Positions 29,903 through 40,714 are shown, counted from the stretch's first letter. The stretch is 64,000 nt of DNA from an uncultured Acidobacteriota bacterium (GCA_963777605.1 CAVZRV010000008.1:160001-224000); one strand, 5' to 3'. Numbers and translations are program-made. Notes: generated from the sequence alone by a model not told the origin.

Positions 29903-31587
29903 CCTCCGGAAGGCTCAACCACGGAGAGGACCTGGTTGACCGGGACATCCTTGAGGGTCTGGACGATCCCACCGGGCCAGGTGATCTGAATTTCATCGAT
30001 GACGGTGTCGGGACCGAGCCCAAAGTGGACACGCTTGTCGGACGCGCACCCGTACCCGACGGCTGTATTGACGTGGTTGTACTGGACGCCACTCTTGCTG
30101 GTGAGTCGGAACTTCGCTCCCACGCCGTCCCGATTGCTCCGGGTGCCCCGGGTTGAAATGTGGATCCAGTTGTTCTCCTTGCGAGAGCGGTTCAACCAGA
30201 CTTCCGTTGGTCCGTCGAGAGCAGTGACAACAGCGTCGATCCGGCCGTCGTTGTCAATGTCGCCGAAGGCCACACCCCTGTGCACCTGTACCTGCTCCAG
30301 GAAATCGGGACCGGCCGTGGGGCCGCCGTCGGCGAATTTTCCGTTCTTCAGGTTCAGGAACAGGGTGTTTGGCTGGGGGACGCGCTCCTTGAAGGTCCCG
30401 CGGGGATCCATCACATCGCCGCTGGCAACAAAGAGATCCTTCCAGCCGTCGTTGTTCAGGTCGAAGATCCCGTTGCTCCAACCGGTCCGGTCTCTCGTCA
30501 TCATGGCGAGCTTGCTGGGGGCAGTCATTTCGTCAAACAACATGTCTCCCAAATTGACGTAGAACGGCATGGATTCGTTGGTCATCGCCGCAACGAACAA
30601 GTCCACCAACCCGTCGTTGTTGACGTCTTTGGCGTCCACCCCCATACCCGAAACCGCATGACCGGAATAGGTATAGGCCGTCCCACTCTCAAGGGCGACT
30701 TCTTCGAATGTTCCGTCACCCATGTTGTGGAACAGAAAGGCGGGAACGGTGTCGTTGGCCACGAAGACGTCGGTCCAGCCATCGCCGTCAAAGTCCGCCA
30801 GGCCGAGACCCATCCCCTTTCCAATGTGAGCGCGGATGCCGGATTCAACCGAAACGTCGGTGAATGTTCCGTCACCGTTATTCCTGTAAAGGGAGTCGGG
30901 GAGCCCATCGTAGTTCTGCGGATGACAGTAGTCGGGGGCGTCACTTGGCCCGCATCTCGGTTCAGTCTCAGGGTCCCAGACACAATAATTGGACACGAAG
31001 AGATCCAGGAGGCCGTCCCGGTTGTAGTCGAAAAAAGCGGCGGCAACCGACCAGAGTGTCCCGTAGTCGGGATCAGGCGCGGCAAGGCCCGCCTGGGAGG
31101 TGACCTCGGTAAATTTCCCGTCCCCGTCGTTCCTGTACAGAAGATTCTCCCTGAGTCCAGCCACAAAAAGATCCTGGTCCCCGTCATTGTCGTAATCACC
31201 CACCGCGGTACCCAGCGTGTAGCCCCGACCTGCGACACCAGCCTGCTCGGTAACGTCCACAAACGTGCCGTCACCTTTCCCCTTGAAGAGACGGTTGGAG
31301 TGACTCGGTCGAACCTTCTTGAGCCCGGGCATAGTCGCACCGCTGACCGTGAACAGGTCGAGGTTCCCATCGTTGTCGTAGTCGAACAGCGCGACTCCGG
31401 AGATCATCGTCTCCGGCTGATGGCGCATGTCGGTTCGACTCGGATCAATCGAGAAGTCAACGCCCGAATCTTTCACCAACTGCAGCACGACGGGGCCCAC
31501 CCCGATATCGGTGGCGCTCACGAACGGAAGAATCCCCGCAGCCATTATTGAAAGGGTCAAGAGGACCCGATTGGTTCGATTTTTCAT
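29899..31587 (-). CDS. CRTAC1/ASPIC-UnbV family FG-GAP repeat protein
   Basis: Repeated DYDNDG/DFDGDG calcium-binding blades; C-terminal SNRDGVGA...VHFGLG...WPGG. Confidence 0.92.
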   Translation of the reverse strand: MKNRTNRVLLTLSIMAAGILPFVSATDIGVGPVVLQLVKDSGVDFSIDPSRTDMRHQPETMISGVALFDYDNDGNLDLFTVSGATMPGLKKVRPSHSNRLFKGKGDGTFVDVTEQAGVAGRGYTLGTAVGDYDNDGDQDLFVAGLRENLLYRNDGDGKFTEVTSQAGLAAPDPDYGTLWSVAAAFFDYNRDGLLDLFVSNYCVWDPETEPRCGPSDAPDYCHPQNYDGLPDSLYRNNGDGTFTDVSVESGIRAHIGKGMGLGLADFDGDGWTDVFVANDTVPAFLFHNMGDGTFEEVALESGTAYTYSGHAVSGMGVDAKDVNNDGLVDLFVAAMTNESMPFYVNLGDMLFDEMTAPSKLAMMTRDRTGWSNGIFDLNNDGWKDLFVASGDVMDPRGTFKERVPQPNTLFLNLKNGKFADGGPTAGPDFLEQVQVHRGVAFGDIDNDGRIDAVVTALDGPTEVWLNRSRKENNWIHISTRGTRSNRDGVGAKFRLTSKSGVQYNHVNTAVGYGCASDKRVHFGLGPDTVIDEIQITWPGGIVQTLKDVPVNQVLSVVEPSGG

Positions 31588-33340
31588 TTGTCTTTCGGCT
31601 CCCGCAGGACAATAATCTGATCGGCTCCGGGTGACTTCAAAACCTGGTGTATCCCGCTTGGCCAGTTGATCTCGATCGAGTCGATTTTGGCTTCGGTTCC
31701 CAACCCGAAGTGGACGCGACGATCCGATGTCGATATGAAGCCCACACTCGTGGACACGTGACTGTACAGCGATCTGCCAGATTCGGTAACCACTTTGACC
31801 TTGGCTCCGATTGCGTCGCGCGGGCTGACCTGCCCCTGAAGGTCGAGCATTACCCAGTGGTTTCCGTTTCTTCCCGAGTTCATCAGGATGCGCGGTTTCT
31901 CGTTCAGCGACGTCACCACGATGTCGAGAAAGCCGTCGTCGTTGAGATCCGCGAACGCCGAACCCCGCTGATAGCCCATGTGCAGGAAGTCCTTGCCAAG
32001 GTCGCTCGACACATCCTCGAAAGAGGTACCGTTTCGATTTTTCAGCATGGTGTCGTGCTGCGCCGAGTTGTCCCCCAGGTAATCGACATCCCCGTTGGCC
32101 GAGTAGATATCCTTCCAGCCGTCATTGTCGTAGTCGATGAAACCGTTGCTCCAGCCAGAGAATCTCCGGCTGAGATTGGCGACATTCGGGGGCGGGACAC
32201 ACGTAATCGAAATACTCTGCCGCCCTGGTTCTCGAAACAGCGCCCAGACCTGGTCTGCAGGTTGTTGTAGAAGATGTCCGTCCACCCGTCGTTGTTGTAG
32301 TCCTTGACGTCCATGCCCATGCCCGAGACAACGCGTGCGCCTCGGTCGTTGTAGGCCACGCCGAAGAGAGGGAATCCTCGTCGAAGGTGCCGTCTCCCTG
32401 GTTCATGTAGAGGAAGTTCTGGGCCGGTGTCGTTGGCAATGAAGACATCGAGCCAGCCGTCGTGGTTGAAATCGGCGATGCCGATGCCCATGCCCTTTGC
32501 CGGCCGCCTTGGAAAAGCCGGAAGACTCGGTCACGTCGGCGAACTTGCCCTCCCCAAGGTTGCGGTAGAGGGAATGAGGCACGGCGAGGAGGACTGAGGG
32601 TTGCAGTAGAATTCCGCCCGTCCGCCCATGGAGCACAGGCCTTGTCGTCCCGCGGGTTCCAGTAGGTGTACTCGGATATGACAAGGTCGAGCAGGCCGTC
32701 CCGGTCGTAGTCGAACCAGGCCGCAACCACGCTGAGCAGATCCTTCGGCTTGGTGTCCAACCCCGAGCCGGCGGTGATGTCGGAGAAGGTTCCGTCACCG
32801 TTGTTTCGGTAGAGCGCGTTCGGACCGGCGTTGCAGATGAAAAGATCGGTGTCGCCGTCGTTGTCGTAGTCGCCGGCGGCAACTCCAAAAGAGAAATCCG
32901 ATCTGGGCACCTTCGACACCGGCCTGCCTGGTGACGTCCTGGAATCGCCCGTCACCCAGGTTGCGCAGCAGGCAGTTGTAAAACGAAGGATCGCTCTTGA
33001 CCAGCTCCGGAAGCTTGGCCCCGTTGGTGAAGAAGATGTCCTGCTTGCCATCCAGGTCGAAGTCCAGGATTGCGACGCCTCCACACATGGGTTGGGGAAA
33101 GTATTTCCGCCCGGTGAAATCATTATTCGAGGTGTACTGGATTTCGGACCGGGGCGCCACGTTGAGAAACTGAATGGCCGGCGGTTCATCGGCGGTGCCG
33201 CCGAGTGCGACCTGAGCCATCAGGATCGTGGCCATCAGCCCGCCAAGTCTTCGAATCACCACAGGTCCTGCCGCACGGCGGCAGTTTGCTCGGACCATCA
33301 ACCTCTCCACTGCGACGGGAATTTCTGAAGAAACCGACAA
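31584..33340 (-). pseudogene. Second CRTAC1/ASPIC-UnbV protein, split by several frameshifts
   Basis: Fragments in different frames: FPQPMCGGVAILDFDLDG; GVAAGDYDNDG; MGIGIADFNHDG; SGWSNGFIDYDNDG...VHFGLG..WPSG. Confidence 0.8.
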
Positions 33341-33461
33341 ACCATGATAACAATTTGCCGTTCACTGCTTCAGATGACGTTTGCAGCGCCCGCTGACCAA
33401 CGTTTCATGGTGAGCCTGGTACACGCCTTTGATTTCAGGCGCCTTGTTCGGACGTGCGCCC

Positions 33462-34829
33462 CTAACTCCAGAGCCGGTCCCAGGACCGAAGCTCGTTCCA
33501 CTCCGGGGTCGGTTCGAAGTACCCAGGCTCGTAGAGATGCTCGCGAATGACTTCTTCGTTCGGCTCGACCCCCAGCCCAGGCTGGTTGGGAACTGTAATG
33601 AAGCCATTCTGAACCAGAGGACGATCGAGGCCCGTGGCGAGCGCCTCCCAATGCTCAACGTCCACCCCGTGGTGTTCCAGGCAAAGGAAGTTCTCGGTAG
33701 CCGCTGCACAGTGGACGCTGGCCATCATCCCAATCGGAGTCCCGGCATAGTGCATCGCCATCACCACTCCGTTCTCCATGGCCATATCCCCGATTTTTTT
33801 GGTCTCGAGCAGGCCGCCGGCGGTCGAGAGGTCAGGGTGAATCACGTCAATCGCCTTGGCCTCGGCGAGGTGTCTGAACTCTTCCTTCAAGTAGATGTCT
33901 TCCCCGGTGCAAAGGGGAATGTTGATCGACTCTTTGATCTCCTTGAGCTGTTCCGTCATTTGCCAGGGAACCATGTCTTCCAGCCAGGCGAGTTGCTGCT
34001 TTTCCATGGCCTTGCCCAGGCGGATGCAGCTGTTCACTCCGATGTGTCCGAAATGGTCAGACGAGAGCGGGATCTCCATCCCGACGATGTCACGGATCCC
34101 GCCGACATAGTCCTGCAGGTAACCCAACCCCTTGTCGGTGATCTCCAGCCCTGTGAACGGGTGCATGACGTTGTTGACGTCCGCCAGCGTTTGGCCGACC
34201 GGGCGATTCAGGGCCCCGGGGATTTTGTCCAGCAGCCGGACCCCAAAGTCGACTTTGAGAAAGCTATACCCCGCGTCCATCCGCTCCTTCAGTCTGTTCC
34301 CTGCGATGCTCGGGTCAGGCGACTGCGTGGTATCGCAGTAGAGTCGGATCTTATCCCGAAACTTCCCCCCGAGCATCTGCCAGGCCGGGACGCCCCAGGC
34401 TTTGCCGGCCAGGTCCCAACAGGCCATCTCAATTGCCACAACACCCCCGGCCTGGCGTGCGTGGTGCCCGAACTGCTTGATTCGTCGGAAGATCTTATCG
34501 ACATTGCAGGGATTTTCCCCGAGAATCCGGCTCTTCAGCATCAGCGGGTAAAGCTTGTCCGCCCCATCTCTGACTTCTCCATAGCCGGAGATTCCCTGAT
34601 TCGTGTCGATGCGTACGATCGGGCTCTTCATCGGAGATGGACCTACCACGGCCACCCGGAGATCGGTGATCTTCAGGTCCGACGGACTACTGTTCCGGTT
34701 GACATTCTGGAGACCCGCTTCGAGTTTCTCAGAGAGGCTCCAGGCGGTTGCCAGGCCTCCGGCGGCGGCTCCGCGGGAGAAGAACGATCGGCGGTTGAAC
34801 AGGTTCGATTTCGGGCGCTTTCCTTGCAC
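33462..34829 (-). CDS. Mandelate racemase/muconate lactonizing enzyme family protein with Tat signal
   Basis: NRRSFF signal; DLKITD, G.GEVRDG, WDLAGKA, WLED, TGED, HPD. Confidence 0.9.
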   Translation of the reverse strand: MQGKRPKSNLFNRRSFFSRGAAAGGLATAWSLSEKLEAGLQNVNRNSSPSDLKITDLRVAVVGPSPMKSPIVRIDTNQGISGYGEVRDGADKLYPLMLKSRILGENPCNVDKIFRRIKQFGHHARQAGGVVAIEMACWDLAGKAWGVPAWQMLGGKFRDKIRLYCDTTQSPDPSIAGNRLKERMDAGYSFLKVDFGVRLLDKIPGALNRPVGQTLADVNNVMHPFTGLEITDKGLGYLQDYVGGIRDIVGMEIPLSSDHFGHIGVNSCIRLGKAMEKQQLAWLEDMVPWQMTEQLKEIKESINIPLCTGEDIYLKEEFRHLAEAKAIDVIHPDLSTAGGLLETKKIGDMAMENGVVMAMHYAGTPIGMMASVHCAAATENFLCLEHHGVDVEHWEALATGLDRPLVQNGFITVPNQPGLGVEPNEEVIREHLYEPGYFEPTPEWNELRSWDRLWS

Positions 34830-35001
34830 GGCAATTCCCCTTTCCAGACAGTTCGGGCAACTCTAGCACAGCCTTCCAGGCTGCCAAAGTCTCGATTCGG
34901 GCTCGACCAGCTGTCCCCAGGAGAAGGCGCAGTCTTCGAGCAGTGGCTCCACTCCGGCGGGCGGCAGCGGATAAACGACTTGCTCGGAAGTTGATGTTGC
35001 T

Positions 35002-38000
35002 TCAATCGGAAGGAATTACCAGGACGAAGACGCTGCCCTTTTTAGGAGTGCTCCGGTATTTCATCCAGCCTCCCAGCAACGAGGCGCGCTCACGAATGCT
35101 GAAAAGACCAAAACCTTCTGTCCGCCCGATACTCTCGGGATCGAACCCGCTTCCGGCATCGACGACCGTCAGACGCACCTTCCCGTTCCGATGGCGCAGC
35201 CTGACTCGGGCTTCGCTCACCCCGGCATGTTTGACGACGTTGAAGAGCAGTTCCTGGGCCGCCTTGTAGACAAAAGACCGCAGCGTCTCCGACCCGAAAT
35301 CCGCTCCCTGGTCCACGTCCACGGTCACGTTCAAGCCACAGGTTTCCTGCATGCGTCGCCCGAGCCAGATCAAGGCGTCCCTCAAGCCACTTTGGTACAG
35401 GGCGGGCGGACTCAACTCGTGGGAGAGTCCGCGGGACTTATCGATCGATTCCAGGATCAAATGCCGAAGGCGTGCCATCAGGTCCTCGGCATCCTCGGAC
35501 GTCGCCAGCTTGTTGCCCAGTAAGTCCAGGTGGAGTTTCGCTCCTACCAGCAACTGTTGGAGGTCATCGTGCAGGATCCGGGCGAGCCGTCGCCTCTCCC
35601 GGTCTTCGACTTCGGAGAGTTCCATGGTCAGCCGCTGCAACTGAAGGGCGCGCTCTTCAAGCTCCCGAATCGTCCGAGCCAGCTCCTCCGTCCGTTCCGA
35701 AACCATCTGCTCGAGGCCTTCGGTCAGGGCGAGCAGGTCCGCCTCCATTTTCTTGCGCTGGGAAATATCGTAGAGAACGCCGATGATGCGCGGGCCGCCG
35801 TTTTCCTCGCTCACCACCCGGGCGCGCGCAGCAAGCCATATCGCGTTCCCGTTAGGGCGGGCTACCCGGAATTCCCCGTTGAACTCGGTCCGTTCCTCGA
35901 CAGCCCGCTTCATGAGGGACTGGAGGCGAGGCCGGTCCTCGGGATGCACGAATTGCAGAATTCCCCCGGCCGTCAGCTCTGGCGCCAGTCCCGGATCAAG
36001 GCCCAGCAGGTCAAAAACGCGATCACTCCACACGTTGGCTCCCGTTTCAATATCGACCTGCCACGTTCCCATGCGGCCTCCTTCCAGGGCCAACCGGAGA
36101 CGGTGTTCGTTCTCTCGCAGGGCCTGCTCCGCCAGTTTTCGCTCGGTGTCGTCGTAAACATAGCCTTTCAGCTGTGTCAGTTGCCCACGGTCGTCGAAGA
36201 TCCCGACAATGTTCTCGACAATGTGGAGGGGACTGCCGTCGATGCATCTACGTTCGCACTCGTACTGTTCGAGAACCTTCTTCTCCTGGATGAGCTTGAG
36301 GAACTCCTGCCACGAGTCCAAAGACGTGTGCAGACTGACCATGTCGCTCGCGAGCGCCTCTTCGAAACTGCCGAAATGAAACAGCTTCACAAACGAAGGG
36401 TTGCAGAACAGGATCCTGCCCTCCGGTGTTGCCAGAAAATCGCCAGTCAGGTCATCTTCGAAGAATCGACGGTACCTCTCCTCGCTCCTGATCACGGCCT
36501 CCTGGGCTTCAGCATGCGCTGCTCGAAGCCGAATTGCCGAAATGCCCTGGGAAAGGTCGTTGGCGAGCTCCATCAGCAGGCGCACCTCGTCATCGGAGAA
36601 GGGGTCCGCCTCCCGGGAATAAATCGAAATCGCTCCCAGGACATCGCCGGCAAATGCCAAAGGCAGAGAGATCGAAGATGCATACCCCCTCTTGAGGGCT
36701 TCATCTCGCCAGGGGGTGAACTTTGGATCTGTCCCTATATTCCGGCAGAGACTGGGCAACGCGGTGCGAATGGCGCTGCCGGCAGGCCCGAAGCCTCGTT
36801 CATTCGCCGACCAGGTAACCCGAAGTGTTTCCAGGTACCCCTCGTCAAATCCGGCTGATGCCACCGGACGCACGGTCTGCTCCGGATCGGCCTCTGCGTA
36901 GCCGATCCAGACCATGGCATACCCGCACTCTTCTACGACAATTCGGCAGATCTCCTGGAGAAGTGAACGCTCATCGGATTCACGTGTCAGTATATGGTTG
37001 CTGTCGCTCAGGGCCCTGAGCATCCGGTTTCGGGTCTGGAGTTCCAGTGCCGTGGATCGGAGCGAATCTTCGGCCTGCTTTCTGGCCGTGATGTCGTGGA
37101 TAATTCCGAGCGTCGAGATTGGCAAGCCGGCACGGTCCCCAACCAAGGTGACGGAAACGTCGACCCAGACCTCGCGGCCATCGTCAACCAGGTAGCGTTT
37201 CTCTCGTCTGTACTCCGAGAGCTTTCCGTCGAGAAGATCGCGGAAGTTTTTCGCGTCAACAATCCGATCGTCCGGATGGGTGATGTCCGCGAAAGTGCTG
37301 CGGAGCAACTCTTCGCGGGTTCTGCCCGCAATCTGGCAAAAGCGATCGTTGACCATAACAAATCGACCCGTCGCCGGGTCCGCCTGGGCCATGCCGACGG
37401 CGGCGAGTTCAAAGACCTTCCTGAATCGCTCCTCGCTCAGCCGGAGCTGCTCCTGGACGGCTTTGCGCGCAGTGATGTCCTGTCCCACCGCGATGTTCGC
37501 GACAACTCTCCCACTTGAATCCCTGACGGCCCGGTTCCGCCAAGACACCCAGACCCTTCTTCCGTCCTTCAGAACGTTCTCATTGACCGATTCGGAATAG
37601 CGATCCGGGCTCTCCTGCACGTCTTTTACGAGGTGTTCAAGGTTCCGGCCCGTACTTTCCACTCGAGGAAGCAGGATCGAAGTATCCTTTCCGATGATTT
37701 CGGCTTCTTCGTAACCGAAGAATTCCTGTGCTGCCCGGTTGAAGAATTCGATCTTCCCGTCGCGGCCGAACCTCAGAATGATGCTGTTGACATTTTCGAC
37801 CAGATCCTTGTATCTCTCCTCGCTGTTCTTCAGGGCCACCCATCTGCGACTGCGGACAACGGCGCCGGCAATCTGTTCGCCCACAGTCCGCATCAAGGTC
37901 AAGTCCTCCAAGGTGAAGTCAGCGCGATCGGTGGCCCCGAAGAGGAGAATCCCGATCAAGGAGGTGCCCACTTTCAAGGGGTGACACGAGCAGGTACGGA

Positions 38001-38406
38001 GGGACTTCGACCTGCAGAATTCCGCCCAATTGGAACAGTCCGTCGCCCGGGTCGAACATTCGAGTGTCGCGTCCGGGCGGTGGCCTTCGCCGTCACACCG
38101 GAGAATTCCGGGATCGACCGATTCAATGACAGGGTCCAGTCTGGGGTCGACCCCCGCAAAGGAACTCAGCTTGAGCTCGGCGGAATCCCCGTCGGACAGG
38201 TAGCAGAGAAAGACCCTGCAATCGAGATAGTGCAGGAGCTCTCGACAGATTTCACCAATGATGTCTTGCGGCCGATCGGTTGCATGAAGGCGCGAAGCCG
38301 CTGCAGCCACGACCTCCAAATGTCCTCTGGTCTGGTCCAAGAATTTACAGTCTACGCTCGGACTTTCCAAATCTCCAGCCTGCCAGAAAAGGCAGTGACA
38401 CTCCAC
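35002..38406 (-). CDS. Cytoplasmic multi-sensor histidine kinase (GAF-PAS-PAS-GAF-PAS-PAS-HisKA_3-HATPase)
   Basis: PAS motifs THPDD, VHPED, DITARK; ERRRLARILHDDLQQ; ELLFNVVKHA; DAGSGF; GFGL. Confidence 0.92.
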   Translation of the reverse strand: MECHCLFWQAGDLESPSVDCKFLDQTRGHLEVVAAAASRLHATDRPQDIIGEICRELLHYLDCRVFLCYLSDGDSAELKLSSFAGVDPRLDPVIESVDPGILRCDGEGHRPDATLECSTRATDCSNWAEFCRSKSLRTCSCHPLKVGTSLIGILLFGATDRADFTLEDLTLMRTVGEQIAGAVVRSRRWVALKNSEERYKDLVENVNSIILRFGRDGKIEFFNRAAQEFFGYEEAEIIGKDTSILLPRVESTGRNLEHLVKDVQESPDRYSESVNENVLKDGRRVWVSWRNRAVRDSSGRVVANIAVGQDITARKAVQEQLRLSEERFRKVFELAAVGMAQADPATGRFVMVNDRFCQIAGRTREELLRSTFADITHPDDRIVDAKNFRDLLDGKLSEYRREKRYLVDDGREVWVDVSVTLVGDRAGLPISTLGIIHDITARKQAEDSLRSTALELQTRNRMLRALSDSNHILTRESDERSLLQEICRIVVEECGYAMVWIGYAEADPEQTVRPVASAGFDEGYLETLRVTWSANERGFGPAGSAIRTALPSLCRNIGTDPKFTPWRDEALKRGYASSISLPLAFAGDVLGAISIYSREADPFSDDEVRLLMELANDLSQGISAIRLRAAHAEAQEAVIRSEERYRRFFEDDLTGDFLATPEGRILFCNPSFVKLFHFGSFEEALASDMVSLHTSLDSWQEFLKLIQEKKVLEQYECERRCIDGSPLHIVENIVGIFDDRGQLTQLKGYVYDDTERKLAEQALRENEHRLRLALEGGRMGTWQVDIETGANVWSDRVFDLLGLDPGLAPELTAGGILQFVHPEDRPRLQSLMKRAVEERTEFNGEFRVARPNGNAIWLAARARVVSEENGGPRIIGVLYDISQRKKMEADLLALTEGLEQMVSERTEELARTIRELEERALQLQRLTMELSEVEDRERRRLARILHDDLQQLLVGAKLHLDLLGNKLATSEDAEDLMARLRHLILESIDKSRGLSHELSPPALYQSGLRDALIWLGRRMQETCGLNVTVDVDQGADFGSETLRSFVYKAAQELLFNVVKHAGVSEARVRLRHRNGKVRLTVVDAGSGFDPESIGRTEGFGLFSIRERASLLGGWMKYRSTPKKGSVFVLVIPSD

Positions 38407-38498
38407 GGCTCAAAGAGCCGCCCTGAGGTCCGCTCGGGCATCAGACAACGTACCGGGTCAGGAACCGCGAAATCGTCCGATGGTGGAGCCAGGGGCTG

Positions 38499-38816
38499 AT
38501 GCACTGGATCACACTGGGATACCTGGTTTTCCTTGGACTTGGGTGTGCGGCTTTCGGGCGCTCGGTCTGGGAAACGGTCAAACTCGTCCGGTCCTCTTCT
38601 CAGATCGAGATTGCAGATCTCGAAAGCATTCCGCGAGACCTCCTGGGGAGGATCCAAACGCGGCAGGCCATCGGACTCGGACTGGAGGAGGAGGCACGGG
38701 ATGAAATCGAGCAGAATTGGCGATTTGAGCCGGCCAAACTCGATGGCAAACCGGTCAATGTAAATGCCACTATCGAGGTTCAGTTCGCGCTGAGGGACAA
38801 GTCTCCCAAGGAGTAG
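38499..38816 (+). CDS. Small membrane protein ending in a partial TonB C-terminal domain
   Basis: N-terminal TM; GLGLEEEA...WRFEPAKLDGKPVNV...IEVQF. Confidence 0.6.
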   Translation: MHWITLGYLVFLGLGCAAFGRSVWETVKLVRSSSQIEIADLESIPRDLLGRIQTRQAIGLGLEEEARDEIEQNWRFEPAKLDGKPVNVNATIEVQFALRDKSPKE

Positions 38817-38884
38817 TCTGCCCGCGGCGAGGGGAGGGGTTCGGATGACCGGTCTTCCTTGTTCATAGGCTGAGGGGTTCTGCT

Positions 38885-40714
38885 TCAATAACCATTGCTG
38901 TCGCGATTCCTGCAAAACGCACCGATCGCCTCGAGCAGCTTATCGCCGAACTTCCGGACCTTCACTTTGCCCATCCCGTAGGTAGCTAGAAGGGCGCCGT
39001 TTGACGCCGGTCGGCAGCGCGCCAGTTCCCGCAGCGTTTTGTCACTGAAGATCTGAAATGCCGGCACGTTTTCTGCGTTCGCCAAATCCTTGCGCAATCG
39101 GCGAAGTTCCTCGAACAGTAAATGATCAACCCCCGCCCATGCCTCTTCTTCCCCAGCGGTCTTGGAGAGGCTCCATCCTTCGGGTTTGCGAAGCTGGACA
39201 TTTTGGGATCCACGCAGCACTTCGAGCGAGGTGTGATTCAGCTGTAACACCGGCAAGTTGCCCGACGTGCGCTCCAGGACGCCTCGGTCAATGAGCTGGA
39301 GGCAGAATTCCCGAATGAATCGGGCGGGAAGGTCGGCAAGTGCACCATAAGTCTTGATCCGTTGATGCCCATTCCTGCGAATTCTCTCCGTGTCCGCCCC
39401 TTTTAGAAACTCAACCACATAGGTAATGCCGAATCGCTGGTCCAACCGGTAAACCGCTGAAAGGATCTTCTCTGCAATCGTAACGGACTCGGGTACCGTG
39501 TCGACCTCCTCCAGGCAGACGTCGCATGCGCCGCACGATTGTTTCCCGTAAGCCTGGCCAAAGTACTCCGAAATTGCCGAATGACGGCATCGGTTCCGGG
39601 TGCAAAATGATTGCATCTCGTTGAGCAGTGCCTGCTGCGCGGAAAGGATCTCGGGAGGGGTCTCTAAATTCGAGGTGAGGAGAGATTGCCAGCGCGCAAC
39701 ATCGGAATACGAATAAAAGAGAACACATTCTGCTTCAAGACTGTCCCGACCGGCTCTTCCAGTCTCCTGCTGGTATTGTTCGATCGACCTCGGCATCGAC
39801 GCATGCACAATGCATCGAACATTGCTCCGGTCGATACCCATTCCAAAAGCGACCGTTGCAACAACCACGTTGAGCTTCTCGGTCGAAAAGGCGTCCTGGA
39901 TTCGTGCGCGGTCTTCCGGTTCGAGGCCGGCGTGATAGGCTTCGGCCTCCACGCCCGATTCCCGAAGGTATGAAGCCACGCTCTCTGTGTTACTTCTGCT
40001 CAGGCAGTAAACGATCACCGCTTCCCGGGGATGCCGGCCGATGACTTCAAGGACACGTTTATTAATCTGCGTCTTCGGTAGGATCCGGTACGTGAGGTTC
40101 GGACGATCGAATTGACCGACCAGCTCAACCACGTCGCGCAGCCCGAGTTGCTCGACAATGTCACTCCTGACCCGCGGTGTGGCCGTTGCGGTGAACGCGT
40201 GAAGGGTGGCATCGGGAAATTGCTGGCGGAGGAGGGACAGGCGACGGTAGTCATGGCGAAAATCATGGCCCCAATGACTGATGCAATGGGCCTCGTCGAT
40301 TGCGAAGCTCCCGATCTCGAGGCGACGCGCCAGGTTCAGAAATGCTTCTGTTTGTACCCGTTCCGGGGATACAAACAGAAGTCGATATTCCCCCTCGAGA
40401 GCCTTCTCCAGCACGCTTCGTTGTTCCGCGGGCCGCATTCCACTGTGAACTGAGGCCGCCGGATAACCGACCAGCTTCAGTCCATCGACCTGGTCCTTCA
40501 TCAGCGAAATGAGCGGAGAAACGACAATGTCTGTCTGTTTCTTGATCAGCGGCGGGATTTGGTAGCAGAGTGATTTCCCGCCCCCGGTCGGGAGTACCAC
40601 GAGAGAGTCCTTGCCGTGCAGCCTCGCTTTGACCGCGTCAAGTTGAAGCGGTCGAAGCGAATCGTAGCCCCATATTCTCTTGACGAGCTTCCCCACCTGA
40701 CTTTCGAGACTCAT
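38885..40714 (-). CDS. recQ: DNA helicase RecQ
   Basis: LPTGGGKSLCYQ, DEAHCISHWGHDFR, ATVAFGMGID, QETGRAGRD, Zn-binding CR...CGACDVC, RQC and HRDC domains. Confidence 0.96.
   Translation of the reverse strand: MSLESQVGKLVKRIWGYDSLRPLQLDAVKARLHGKDSLVVLPTGGGKSLCYQIPPLIKKQTDIVVSPLISLMKDQVDGLKLVGYPAASVHSGMRPAEQRSVLEKALEGEYRLLFVSPERVQTEAFLNLARRLEIGSFAIDEAHCISHWGHDFRHDYRRLSLLRQQFPDATLHAFTATATPRVRSDIVEQLGLRDVVELVGQFDRPNLTYRILPKTQINKRVLEVIGRHPREAVIVYCLSRSNTESVASYLRESGVEAEAYHAGLEPEDRARIQDAFSTEKLNVVVATVAFGMGIDRSNVRCIVHASMPRSIEQYQQETGRAGRDSLEAECVLFYSYSDVARWQSLLTSNLETPPEILSAQQALLNEMQSFCTRNRCRHSAISEYFGQAYGKQSCGACDVCLEEVDTVPESVTIAEKILSAVYRLDQRFGITYVVEFLKGADTERIRRNGHQRIKTYGALADLPARFIREFCLQLIDRGVLERTSGNLPVLQLNHTSLEVLRGSQNVQLRKPEGWSLSKTAGEEEAWAGVDHLLFEELRRLRKDLANAENVPAFQIFSDKTLRELARCRPASNGALLATYGMGKVKVRKFGDKLLEAIGAFCRNRDSNGY

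Noticed and set aside
33429-34994. Long antisense ORFs (also 1944-3155, 14991-16235, 30160-31551, 35530-36858, 57486-58712)
   Set aside because: Shadow frames of well-supported genes in GC-rich DNA, with no motifs
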